Made by a program: the position numbers and the translations under genes. Shown one piece after another: positions 1 to 12,646 of a DNA stretch of 64,000 nucleotides. Position 1 is the stretch's first letter; each line of letters opens with the position of its first letter. The notes beneath the pieces were generated by a model. The model saw only the letters and a list, made by a program, of their open reading frames with translations. It searched no databases and was not told where the DNA came from. The DNA lies in NCBI GenBank assembly GCA_965603825.1, contig CBFDEM010000049.1:5578-69577 (forward strand), given 5' to 3'. This stretch comes from Blepharisma stoltei ATCC 30299 (taxonomy: Eukaryota; Protista; Ciliophora).

Positions 1-1346
1 CTACCAAGTGATTTCATGATAATTCTGGACTTCCTTATTCAACGCTAATGAGTCATTATAAGCCAACTCTTCCAACTACTCCTCAGACAAAAACTCATAG
101 AAATTCTTCTTGAGATTTACTAAGCCCTACAAATGCCAATTTTACTCACAATTATTCACAAATTATAGAAAATAAACTAAAAGATTCAATCGGAAAAAGC
201 CACCCAGAAAATCAAATGGGTCACTGTTATAAATTAACTCCAAAAGAGGCTATATTAAAGGTAGAAGACGCTTTAAAATATTTGAAATTAAGGGAAATTG
301 GGTGCAGCAAACAAGAAGCTATTACATTTTGCAGCAGAGATAGGTGCACTCATTCAGTGCCTGAATATGAACTTCCTGCAAGATTACGAACGAACCATAG
401 CTCAAGGACTTTAGTAAACCAAGAAAATTCGAAATATAAGCTGTATAAGTCAAGTATGGAAGTGGAGTGTTTTGATTCTGTAAATAAAGCAATTACTAAT
501 TATTTAATTGCTCATAGGTATGAACCTGAACCTTATATGAATTCGTATATAGAAGAATGCCATCAAGATAATCTAACTGAATTAGCGAAAAAAGAAAATA
601 ATGAAATAACTATATTGGAAACAGAAGAATTTATAGACGAGGCCAATAAATTGTACAATTTTAAATTGCCTTTTAGAACTCTGCTAGAAAAAATTATTAA
701 TAAGAATACCCTTGAAAAAATAGAAATTTCGCCTAAAAATTCTACAGTAAAGAATTTTGATGATTTTGCATCGGAAAGGCCATTAATTAGGTTTTCCTCC
801 ATAATCACTCCAAAAAAGGAGCCTAAAAAGAGCAGCCCAGAAAAAATGAGCTTTTCTCAAATTCTTCATCCGCAAACAATCCCAAAGCAAACAGTTAATG
901 AGCAAACTGATCATAATATCCTTATAAAATCAGAATCTTCCAAGTCTTATGAATTAAAATTAAAACAATCTCGACGTGATTTTTTAAACATGAAAAATCT
1001 CGAAGAAAAAATAAAGCAAAATATAATCAATTCCAAATATGAACTTTATGAAAAAATTTGTAAAAAAGCTTCACAAAATGATGCATTAATTAGAAAAAAG
1101 CAAGAAAAAAAGCAGCAAATTGATGAAGATATGCAAAAACAATTAGAATTAAAATTTGAAGAAATTAAAGAGAAAATGGAAAAAGCCAAGCAGGAAAGAT
1201 TAAAATTAAAAGAAGGAAAAAAAATAAAAGCAAAAGAATACAATAAAAAACATGATCAGAAAGTTGAGGAACTTAGGGTCAGCAAATCTATTGATTTAGA
1301 AAATAGGATGAAAATTATGCTAAAAAGGCAGAAATCGAAATTTTAA
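1..1346 (+). CDS. Hypothetical Lys/Glu-rich coiled-coil protein, 5'-partial
   Basis: The frame of ORF 216..1346 stays open back to position 3 if two TGA codons are read as Trp. It ends in TAA, and the C-terminus is coiled-coil-like. Confidence 0.7.
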
Positions 1347-1992
1347 TAATTTTTAATTTTTGATTTTTTCTCTAATATCATTGATAATTTCTAAAGCATA
1401 TGATGATAATTCTTTATTGCACAAGCAGCAGTTATCACTAGGCCAATAAATTTGGCATAAAACACAAACATCATCTTCGCAACATCTTTTAGGGATAAAT
1501 CTCTCCCTTTTGAATTTTTCCCCACATATTTTGCATATCGCATATAAAATTTTATCGATTTTTATTTTGGTTTCTTCTGATAATTCACGTTTGCATTCTA
1601 AGCAGTTACCCATTCCCATTATTTGAACTAAGCATTCTCTGCAATAATAATGCTTTAAAGGGCAAATAGATGTCAAGCAATTCTTTACAAAATAAACTAT
1701 TTTTTTACAGCCATCACAATAGCCTTTTTCAGAAATAAACTCTTGAGTATAATTATCCCATTTTTCCACCTTCCCAGAACGTAAATTAAAAGCAAAACAT
1801 TCTTTGCATAAATTATCATGAAATTCACTAATTTCTTTAATAATTCCGCAGTTCTTGCAACTAAGATATTTCTCCTGATCTGCCTGAGCCAGTAGGAAGT
1901 CATATATAGGTTCAATAATTTTTCAATAATTATCTTTTTTTAGTGGATCCCTACATATTGAGCAAAAAAAGGGTAATTGATTTATTTCAAGC

Positions 1993-2641
1993 ACTTTCAT
2001 TTTTTAGAGCGAAATGAGTCACAGCCTGAACAGTATCTTGAACAACTACCTGAAGCACAGCCTGAGCAGCAACTTGAGCAGCAACTTGAGCAGCATCCTG
2101 AGCAGCAACTTGACCAGAAACTTGACCAGCAACTTGACCAGCAACTTGAGCAGCAATTTGAGCAGCAATTTGAACAGCTACATAAACTACATCATGAACA
2201 ACACCATGAAAATCTATGTGATGTACAGCCTGAGCGGCAACTTGAACTACGCACTGAGTGGCAACTTGTATCACAGTCAGAGAGGCAACCTGAACTGCAA
2301 CATGTACAGCTATCTGAAGAGCATCTTGAACAACAACCTGCACAGCAAACTGGACAACATGGTCAAACAAAAGTAGGACTACTGGACATGATACTGTGTA
2401 GTTGAAGGTATGAAGAAATGGCGTGAAGCTGGATTGGAGGTGGTAGGCTTGAAGAGGTAAAGGCACTGGACAAAAGCATAAAACAATATCACATGGAAGT
2501 GCTAAGAGAGAGAGCAGCAGGTGCAGCTAGATTGAGAAGGACACAAGAATTAAAACAGAGTAGAATTACGAATTGATTAAAGCTTGATCCATAAGGATCG
2601 GTTAGGCGACTATACGTCGCTAGATTTTAGATAAAGATAAA
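1993..2641 (+). mobile_element. 649-bp insertion with 14-bp target-site duplication; probable truncated or non-autonomous non-LTR retroelement
   Basis: GATTTATTTCAAGC occurs at 1979-1992 and 2642-2655. The + frame is open (TGA=Trp) from the left junction to TAA at 2592-2594. The 3' end carries hairpins GATCC-ATAA-GGATC and GCGAC-TATAC-GTCGC and a GATAAA tandem tail. Confidence 0.8.
2020..2360 (+). repeat. Degenerate 12-nt tandem repeat (consensus CTTGAGCAGCAA) inside the insertion
   Basis: 12-nt periodicity is directly visible and explains the overlapping EQQL, SSNL and VAAQ ORFs. Confidence 0.9.
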
Positions 2642-3049
2642 GATTTATTTCAAGCTCAGAAAGTAATAGCTTCCCATTAGAAGCTTCAAGTATAATATTA
2701 TTGGCACACTCTCTGCAATACTTATGCGAGCAAATTAACTCTATTTCTTTAGGCTTTACTTTGCATTTTTCACAAAAAGGACTTATTGATATATTAATTG
2801 ACTGCTCAGTATGATTAACTAGGCTATCAAGGAAGCCCTCTTGGGCCGGATTTTCATTAAGCAAAGAAATGATATTAATTGAACATTTCTAGTAAAATTT
2901 TGTTATTAAACCAAGAATATTATTTAATAAAATCAAATTTTGCTTATTAATTTAATTAATGCTATCAATAATTTAATTATCAATCCGCTAAACCAAAATG
3001 GCTACTTATTTCACTTTAATTTTATAAAAAATCAGTTTATAGGCTATAA

Positions 3050-3439
3050 CTATCGTTTATATTTTAAAAAAAAAATCATATCAGAAGGGTCGGAGTTATT
3101 TAATTCGCTTTTAGGAATGTTTTCATCTTGACTTTTACATTCAAATTCTTCTACACTAGCATCCTCTGTAGAATCCTCTGTATTCCCAGATAATAGATCA
3201 CTTTCACAATTTTTTCATTCAAAAGACTTTTTCTCTTCATACTTTGGCTCATCTTTATCTAGCAAAAGATCCAATGGTTCATTAATTATTGTAGTTTTAT
3301 TATCCAATCGAGGTCCCTCTGAAATTTGAGAACTAGAAATTTGATTGTAACCCATATCTTCGTTTGCTGGAGATTCATTCTTTGGAGCCAAGTGCAATAT
3401 TTTTGATTTTGATTTCTTCTTAAGCTCCTTTTTTCGCAT
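3050..3439 (-). CDS. Small acidic hypothetical ORF, possibly the detached N-terminus of the RING gene
   Basis: ORF 3215..3439 extends through TGA to TAG at 3050-3052. A 10-nt homopolymer near its end could hide a frameshift. Confidence 0.35.
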
Positions 3440-4862
3440 TTATTAAGGTGGAGCTGAATTATGAATCTACAAATTAATAAAAATATAGATAGAATTTGCA
3501 AAATTTGGAGCTTTTTAATTAGAAAAAGCAAAAAAAAAGCATTAAGCCGATGAAGGCATGCAAAAACAGTTCAAAAATACAAAAAAAAATTATGAGAAAA
3601 TAAGGGCTTTTCTCGGTTTAATCACCCGTAAGCATTTATATTAAAGTGGCATAAATAATGTCGAAATCACTGGCTTGTGTAATAATTCTAAGTAAATTGA
3701 TCAGATAGAAATTTAGTGAAATTTTCTTATAAATCTTTGCTTTCCAAAGTTCTCTAATAAATATCTGATAAAAAAGTCTTTTAATTGAGTCTGATGATAA
3801 CTAATTAAGAGCTCATAAGAGCTTCGAAATTGCATGCGCAATGTTATAGATAATAAGTCTGATGATAAAAATATATTGGATATGATATAATATAGAAGCT
3901 GATTTTAGTGAGTTCTAAGTAAATATGCCATCAGGAGTGATCATTTTGATATATCTAAGATAATCATCTTAGAACGCCTACAGTTATCATTGAAAATGAT
4001 GAATCTCCAATAGTAATTGACTTTAAGTATGATATAAAAAATAGCCATGAAGAAAAACCTTCATCAAATCAGTTATTTGTGGTAGAAGAGATGAATTCAA
4101 ATTTAGAAGAATCCCCAGCACACTCTCCAGTACATGGAATTCAAAGGGTGGGCTCGACAGATTTCAATTTTCTTAAGGAAAGTCCAAAAACAGTAGAAAC
4201 TGAAAAAAGCGGTGATGAAATTATGGAGGAATTCAAATTAATCAATTAAATAATTAACCTGCTAGAGAAACTTTAATAGGGCTATATTTTTGATTGAAAA
4301 TTTACCAATGATCTTTATTGATCCAATTTTAATTTTTATTAATATAAATATTTCACCAGCTGAGAACTCAACAATGAATTCATTATTAAAATACTTTTTA
4401 AAATAATGGAAATTACTTAGAAGCAAAAACATCTATAATGTATTTTAATATGAAAAATAAAACTTTTTATTAGATCTTATTATCAATTATAAAATTTAAA
4501 AATTCTTGATTTTTATATGAAGGAAATTATGTCAAACACATTTTTATCGTATAAAAATTCAAAGAATTTAAAAAAAGCAGCATTGAGTTTATTCTTGATA
4601 AAATTTGAGTTAATTAAATTTTATACAAGTTTTGAGCTTATTTAAAATAATCATCAATTTCGTATTCTTATGGCATCTCTACTCAAATCTTATACTTAGA
4701 AAATATCAAGCTAAATCACTCTTTCAGCTCTAGCAGTTACACTTTTATTTTTTAAATAAAATACCACTTTCTTTTCTTCCTTCACCAGCTCTCATTATCC
4801 CCACAAAATTTACTTCATAAAATCTCTCTTTAAATTCCAATTTAACTTAACTATTCCAAAAC

Positions 4863-6191
4863 ATGGCCTCAATTGGCACTGTAATTCGTAAACTCAGCAC
4901 CAGGCCTGTGACCTCAAACGCTCGTCCTACAGTTAAAGCTATCAAAGATCCTACCTTTGAAAAACCTTTAGGTTTAAAAACGACCATTCTCCCTACGAAA
5001 TCCAAGCACCGTCCATCCAATTCTTATTCAGGCCAAAGCAAAATTCCTCAGTTTTTCAAAGAAAGCCCGCTAAATAAGCCAATCAAGCCTCTTTCGGAGC
5101 ACACAGGGCTTGCTACTGCAAAAATCGCGACTCCGAAAAGCTCAAATCGACATACCATAAAATCAGCTCGCCATAGGCGAGCTACATCTCTTGCTGACAA
5201 GCCAGTTTCCCAAAACACCTGAAGAAAGCCTGAATCTGACGCAGCTCACCATCGAAAATTTTCGCTTGGAAGCACCATAAAACAAAACCTCGCCATCATC
5301 TCTTCTTTTTCTCATGAAACTCAAAAAGGGTTTATTCCAGGAAATCCTGGAAAAGTCAACCAAGACAATTTTTTTGAGCATCCTTGTGTAGCAGGTTACA
5401 ATGATTTGCATTTATTTGGTGTCTGTGATGGACATGGGATGTTTGGAGGAGAGGTTTCTGGGTATGTAAAAAAAAGGCTGCCCGAAATGTTGGCAAAGCA
5501 CCCTGAAATTTACAGTGATCCTAAAAAAGTGATAGAAAAATCTGTGATAGAAGTAAATGAAGAATTAAAAAGAATTAATATTGACGTTAGTTTTAGTGGA
5601 ACAACTCTGATTTTTGTATTGATTAAAGGGAGCGTTTTATATTGTGCAAATGTGGGAGATTCCAGAGCGCTAATAGCAAGGCAAGTTAATGACACAGGAA
5701 ATACGACGACGAGTGGAAGGCATTGGATGTCTATTGTATTATCAAGAGACCATAAGCCGGACGAAAAAGATGAATCAGCCAGAATTTTCCAATGGGGTGG
5801 AAGAGTAGAAAGCTACCAAGACGAAAATGGGAACCCATTAGGCCCAGCAAGAGTTTGACTGAGAAATCAGGATTTGCCAGGTCTTGCAATGTCAAGATCA
5901 CTAGGAGACGCAGTAGCAGCGTCTGTAGGAGTTATATGTGAACCGGAAATTTTAGAATTTCAAATGACTCCTGAAGACAAATTCATAGTTTTAGGAAGTG
6001 ATGGAGTTTTTGAATTTATTTCAAATGAAGATATAGTAAAAACTGCTGTCCCTTATTGGAGAATTAATGACAGCAAAGGTGTATGTGAAGCCTTAGCGAA
6101 ATTTGCCCATGATAGATGGGTGACTGAAGAAGAAGTAATTGATGATATCACAGCAGTTTGTGTGTTTTTAAACATTCCTAATAAAAATTAA
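4863..6191 (+). CDS. Protein phosphatase 2C (PPM family)
   Basis: Three track ORFs share one frame, joined by TGA at 5220 and 5856. Motifs: NQD, GVCDGHG, ANVGDSRA, SRDHKP, RV[W]L..PGLAMSRSLGD, GSDGVFE, DDIT. Confidence 0.95.
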
Positions 6192-6195
6192 AAAA

Positions 6196-9100
6196 TTATA
6201 CTGAAATTTTATAAGTTTGGCCGTCTTCTCTGCGGAGACTTATATCCCCAGTCACCGTCCAATCGATTTTCACTATATTTAAAAATTCCTTATAATTTTG
6301 TGCAGAATTAACCACCTTCTGTAGCGGCACAGTTTTTGATGGTTTTGATGACGATGATAAAATATCATGGAAAAATCCTTTTTCTATCTTAAATATACGC
6401 AGCGTACTGCCAATAGCACAATAAGAAGCGATTTTATTACCTTTTTTATCGAAATCAATAGCACAGACAGCGTCTTCATGGCCTTCAAGAATTTTTCATT
6501 GAGACGCAGTTTTTAAGTCATAAATCACAATAAATTTATCAAGAGTGCCTATAGCAAGACGTTGGGTTACCTGGCTGAAGGCGACCATTGGAAGCTTATG
6601 GACAAGTTTTTTTAGGAGAGTGCTAGCTTTTTCTAAACAATTTTTCCTTAGAATTGGGTTGTGGGGGTTAAGAGTTTTTAAGATAACTTCAATAATATCA
6701 GGCAAAAATCGTGGGAATTCTTCATATTTTTGGATTACAAGGTGTTTTAATGAGGACAGACAGGTTTTTGGATACTTTTTATCAGTCTCCATATCTTCCA
6801 AATCATGTGACAAAAATTTCAAATAAAGCATAAAATCATGGCATGCGATCTTAGTGACCCCTCTATACAAAATTTTCTTATAAACTGCATCATGGCTCCC
6901 TGCATCCCTTAAAAATTCTCTACAAATTTCCATGATCTGCTCTGTAGTAAAGCATTGTCTCCAAGCTCCAATTCCATTCCCAATTATTTTTGAAGCAATT
7001 GCTACGTAATGCGAGATCCCAGTTTTCGTCATATTTCTTAATGAATTCAGAATATTCTGCACCACTTTTGCATTTAAATCTCTATTTTCATTACAAAAAA
7101 GCCCTAAAATCGACACATATAAAGCTTCAATAAACGACACATTTTTGCTTTCTGTTTCTGCTTTATTTTCTAATAAAAAAATGCAGGATTTCACTAAATT
7201 TGTTTTTTTTCTGTTTTCTAGGTAAGGTAAAACTTGTTTAATTAAGAAGCCACTGGCGAGGTTTCCGTTTAGATATTGTATAACTAAGGCAGAGATATCA
7301 GCTGGCTTGTAGTTTTCGTGGAAGGATAAATGGGAATTCATAAACTGCTTCAGTTTTCTGCGGGTTGAGCCATCTTTATGTTGAAATGCATAAGCAAAAG
7401 CCAAGCCTGAGCCTAATAGGCAGCTAGTTAAATATCCAGAAATTTCATATTTATCGCTACATATAGGAAGCATAAAGGAATAGCAGTTATTGTAGCCTCT
7501 TACGCCGATATGGCAAGATACTAAAGGCTCTTCAAAACTTAAATATTTTTTTAAATACTCCTTAAGGGAAGTATGGCCTTTACACTCAGCTTTTCAGCAA
7601 GTAATTAGTCCTAGAAGGTACTCAGCCTCAGACAATCTTAATGAATTTTCATTAATCCGCTTTATAGCACTGGAGACATTAGCATGAAGAAGTGGAAAAT
7701 CAGATCCACCAATAGAAATTTGGTCAACTGTAATAGGAGCTTTATAGCCTTCTTCACATTGAAATTTTATATGGTTTCATAAGAGTTTGTGGATGTATGA
7801 GGACACTTCTTTTTCTTTTTCCTTTACTGGGGATAAAGGAGCGTTTATTTCTTGATTTAGGATAATGTGAATTTGGTCCATAGGGATTGCTCTTTCTAAA
7901 GCTTGAATTGCAGTATCAAAAATATATAGTTTTTGATTGTCACATATAATAAACAAGTAATTTTGGGCTAATAATAAATGGGCTTCAATTACATTTGACT
8001 GCAGAGGCTGAAAATAACAAAGAATATTATTTGTTATAAGCGAAATCAGCAAAATAGACCCATCTTTGCACTGAGATAAAATAATCCTTTTCCAATAATC
8101 CAAAATAGAATGGCTGTTATTTTCACCTAAAATTGAAATCTCTATCACTTTTTTGACTGCAGATGTATGAATAGGGATCACTTGCTCAGGATGGTTTTTC
8201 TTTACTTCTGGACGGATTGCAGAACTAGCTTGGTTTTGATAACTCGTTTGCGACCTAAAAAACATTCTCGGTGCTTTTGGGTATATTTCGTTTTGTTTTT
8301 CAGGACTTTTTGCTTCAATTTCGTGATTTTCTATTGAAAATTCCCATAGACACATAAGACTGTCTTTTCCACAAGTGACGAGCTTGTTTTTTGTTAAATA
8401 AATGCAGGTTATAGGAGCTTTGTGGTAGGAATAGGTATAGACTAGCTGGTTAGGCTGAAATGGGCACACATAAATATTCCCTAGAGAAGTCCCAATTAAA
8501 TAAAATGGCCATTTATCAGTTAGGGCTATAGTGCTAACTGTAATAATTTCGTTTTCTTTGAATAAAAGGTGCAGTCTGCTGTCTGCGTAGCTTTCATGGC
8601 CAATGGATTTTAATGAAAATTGTATAATATTGGTATTGGTAATCTTGTCAGGCTTGAAATCAAGCAAATTCAAAATAATGATAGATTGATGCTTATAAGA
8701 AATAATGAAATCGTTATAAAAAATAGTATTATTAAGTGTCCTGTCGATATATGTGGTTTCGCTTTCCAAACTATTTAAGTTATATTCATCATTTGCTAAA
8801 ACTGTCATGATTTTTGATCCTGAGCGACTTAAGCTCAATTCATCTTCAGTGATTTCATTTAAAATATTCATAGACTCATACCTCAACAAAACCCCATCAT
8901 TCAAAAAAACAAAAAAATAATAATAAGAAAATCCAATTGAGACTATCGGCTTGTCCATCTCCAAAAATGCTTTTTCTTGGACTTTTGACATGATCCAGTC
9001 CTCATGCAAAAATTGTATGCTTTTCGCGTGAGCAATAGCCATTATCGAGTCAGTCTGGGAAAAACAAAAAGATGTTGGGTTTTCATCAGTATAGACCTTA

Positions 9101-9726
9101 TACACAGCATCCAGCTTAAACCCAGGAAAATCGTCTTTTCCATACGAGAAATTTTTCAAATCTGGGATTTTTCAAAACTCGATTTTTCCTCCTAAATCTG
9201 ACCCTGCAAGATAATTATTTGCCAAATGGTTTCAGCTTGAAATTCACGATACCTTGTTATCCATCGTATATGTCGCCAAAATTTCCATTGTCCAGCTATC
9301 CACTAAGAAAATATTCATAATTTCTCCAGAAATCGCCAAAAATCGTTGCTGAATAGTGATCATCATATCAAGCCTCGTAGAATTTGGCAGCGTCCCATTT
9401 TCTGAAGAAATTATGCACCGGCCATCTCTGATGTCTCAGCATCTAATGATACTATCAGCATGAAGAGAAGCAATACACTGATCGCAGCCAATTAAATCAG
9501 AATTCAAAGGGGTAATAAAGGTGAGGGCGCGACACTCAACGTCTTTTCCGATTGTGCAGATCACGTGTGGGAGAAATTTATCTTGAATCTGGGTTCATAT
9601 ACAAATTTCACCAGAATCGCATCCCGTGCAAATTTTTTTGTCTTTGATAGAGGTACATGTAATGTTATGAATTAAGCCTTGGCTGTTCTTGTTCCAGAAT
9701 ATGAATGGAATATTTTCAAGTGACAT
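6196..9726 (-). CDS. WDR7/WDR72 (rabconnectin-3 beta)-like WD40 protein, ~1176 aa
   Basis: Single frame with TGA=Trp from ATG 9726 to TAA 6196. The N-terminus IPFIFW..ITC..ICTGCDSGEICI[W] and C-terminus LPMVAF..QRLAIGT..IYDLKTASQ[W]KILEGH resemble WDR7. Confidence 0.85.
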
Positions 9727-10358
9727 TTTTATTAATAAATACACAAGATGAGACTTGATAAATGAAGAAACTGGAGTTAAGAAAAATTAATTGGGAGAGA
9801 TTCTTAAAATAAATGAGGTAGGAATGAAAATAGATTTCCTTGATCTTTATATTGTGTGAAGGATTATTAAATAATGATATAATAAAATCTTTATGATTGA
9901 TATATAAAATTCAAGCAAATGCAAGATTACCCTGCAATATTAATCTAGAGGCTATTAGTATTGGTCTATAGTGCAACTAATTAAATAAATGAAGCTTAAT
10001 TTGTATTATTTTTTAATTCTAAATTACATCCCTTTAATTCTTCTCTTCAAGTTTTTGATTCTCTAACTTTTTTATTTGTTAAATTATTCAATAATCTGAA
10101 ATTAAGAATTAAAAATAATTTAAAAGACTTTTACAAGCATCAAAAAATAACATAAAATATTTAATAGTTGATAAAATAGTGTCGCATCAATTTAAGACTA
10201 ATTAAACAATAGATGGTTCAATATTTTAAGTAAATTTATTAAACACAATTAATTAATTTATTATATTTGTCAAAATTTTATATAATATTGGTAGGATGCG
10301 TTTATTTAATAATTGCTATTAAATGCAAATTAAATTATTTATTTACAATCTTAATAAC

Positions 10359-12260
10359 ATGGAAGGAGGACTTTTCTCAGGCCTACGCAAGCTTTTATCA
10401 GGGTTAGCGTGCTATCAAGCTCGTCCATCTATAGACATCGATAATTTTATGTCATCTAACCATTTTGACAGTCAAAATAAAACAGCAGAAGACGCAAGTA
10501 ACACGACTCATTACAACCACGCTAAAAAATCCCAAAAAACCATCCAAAAGCTGAAAACACATGACGAGACTTCCCCAAAGTTTACAAGAAAAAAATCCTT
10601 AACAGTCACAGAAAAAACTCAAGCAGTCTACCAAGATCAAAATTTCAACGACAAAGATCTCAGCCAATTCCACACAGAGCCTATAAGAAACCCTAAACAT
10701 TTATACTCAAATAAGCGAAAAATCAACGAAATGCTCTGAGAAGCCATAGAAACAGCTGACCCTGACCTCTGCAGAAGTTTATTAGATGAAAAAGTCTATG
10801 GATCATTAAAGGCACAATTGTCATTTCGAGGAGAAGACAATAAAACCCCCTTACATCTAGCAGTAGAAATCGGGAATATCAAAGTAATAGAAACTTTATT
10901 AGAAAAAGCTGAAAATAGCGACATAAACTCTCAAGACAATAATTGGCAGACTCCTCTACATATAGCCTGCAAAAACGGCAAGAAAAAAATCGCAAAAATC
11001 CTGCTCTCTGCAGGGGCAAGGACTGATATCACAGATACCAAAGGGAAAAAACCATTAGATGTTGCCATAGACTATGGATATCAGCCACTTATAGCAATTT
11101 TTAATAAGCAGACACAAAAAGCGGTCCCAGATTCCCCGCTGCCTTCACAGGAAGACGAGACTATTGAAATACAGACCTTTGAAGAAGCAGAAGTCGAACA
11201 AATGATGCAAAGACTGTCAACGCCATTTATCCCTAACGACAAAGGTAAAGAAAAAGCATCAAAAGTCCCTGTTTTTGATGAAGAAGAAAAATCTGAAAAG
11301 AAAAAAGTGACTGCCAGCGATTTTGAAGCCATTTCTCAGCTAGGAAAAGGAAGCTTTGGGGAGGTATTTTTAGTCAAAAAAATAGGCACTGACAAGCTAT
11401 ATGCTATGAAAATTTTGAGAAAAAATAAAATTATTGGCCAAAATCTCGTAAAATATGCCCTGACTGAAAGAAATGTGATGAGCTATTTTAATCACCCTTT
11501 TATTGTAGGGCTAAAATATGCGTTTCAGACTACTGATAAATTATTTTTAATACTGGATTATTGCCCTGGTGGCGATTTGACGTCTTATATAATAAAAGAA
11601 AAAAAATTTGACGAGAAAAGAGCAAGGATTTATTTATGTGAAATTTTATTAGCACTAGAAGAGCTACATAAACGAGATATTATTTATAGAGATTTAAAGC
11701 CAGATAATGTAGTATTAGACGCCCAAGGCCATGCAATGCTTACTGATTTCGGGTTATCGAAAGAAGGGGTTTTTGATAATAATTCAGCCAAATCGTTTTG
11801 TGGGAGTGTTGCATATTTGGCACCAGAAATGCTAAAAAGAAAAGGCCATGGGAAAGCAGTGGACTGATATTTATTAGGGGTTTTACTATATGAGATGCTT
11901 GTAGGAGTCCCACCTTATTATGCAAATAATAGGGAGCAGCTATTTTATAACATCCAAAACGCAAAATTAAAACTTCCTCCTTTTTTAAGCCCAGAAGCTA
12001 AAAACCTGTTAAAAGGGCTACTAGAAAGAGACCCGAATAGAAGACTAGGAAGCCATTATGACGCTGAAGAAATCAAAAGATATGAGTTTTTTGATGGGAT
12101 TGACTGGGCAAAAGTTATGAGAAGGGAGCTAAAACCGCCAAAGCCTGCCAGAAAATTTATACCGCCGACGAATATGCCACAATATAAAGTTCGAGGGAGG
12201 CAGCATTCGCCTGAAAGTGATGCAAACAGGCTTGAAAATTGGACTTTTATTGCTGAGTAG
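10359..12260 (+). CDS. Ankyrin-repeat AGC-family Ser/Thr kinase
   Basis: Three ORFs share one frame, joined by TGA at 10737 and 11865. Two TPLH ankyrin repeats, GKGSFGEV, YRDLKPDN, DFG, SFCGSVAYLAPE, KAVD[W]YLLG and an AGC tail are present. Ends in TAG; an upstream ATG at 10323 is also possible. Confidence 0.93.
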
Positions 12261-12646
12261 CTGTAAAAATATGATATATTAATTAAAATAAGGGTATTTA
12301 TTATGCCAAAATGGCTGAGAGTTCTAAAATATTGTTCACCAAATAGCTTAAAACTACTTTTTTTCTAGCAAAATATTTTAAAATATTAATATTTCCTTGA
12401 AAACTCTCAAAATCCAATTAAAAAATCTTCAAAAGTAATTTTTTAATAAGCCTTTATTTATCACTTACAAACTTTCCTTCCTCCCTTCCATAATTATTTA
12501 TTTTTTTAATATTCTCCTCCCTCTATTTTTCCGCTTTCAATCTCCTATATCCCAATTCCTATCCTTCGCCATTAAAAATCAATGGAGTATCTTTTAATAT
12601 CTCCTAGATTCCATATGGTTCCAAAATGGTTTCTTATAATAAATCA

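Larger units (their letters stand above)
1353..2888 (-). pseudogene. Multi-RING/zinc-finger protein gene split by an insertion
   Basis: Deleting 1993-2655 restores one frame: CEKC..ICSHKYCREC..LLLSELEIN|QLPFFCSICRDPL..W..SCKNC..CDGC..CPLKHYYCREC..CLEC. No in-frame ATG was found before the TAG at 2889-2891, so the 5' end is uncertain. Confidence 0.75.

Noticed and set aside
2020-2360. CRISPR-like array
   Set aside because: These are contiguous 12-nt tandem units without unique spacers, in a eukaryotic context.
1984-2379. Metallothionein-like Cys-rich frame (SCCS repeats) on the minus strand
   Set aside because: It has no start codon (TAG lies just upstream) and is the in-register antisense of the EQQL repeat inside an insertion.
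3650-4250. Coding-like fragments here and at ~13850-14290, 15900-16200, 18000-18830, 24560-25000, 28900-29400 and 41900-42130
   Set aside because: Multiple TAA/TAG stops and no recognisable family; probably decayed genes, but none can be named.
5220-5858. Selenocysteine or pseudogene interpretation of in-frame TGA codons
   Set aside because: The TGA codons map to conserved Trp, not Cys, across many unrelated genes with otherwise intact frames.
12258-12260. UAG=Gln or UAR=Gln ciliate codes
   Set aside because: TAG and TAA terminate genes at the expected C-termini (kinase 12260, peptidase 58989, Ran) and do not occur inside intact exons.
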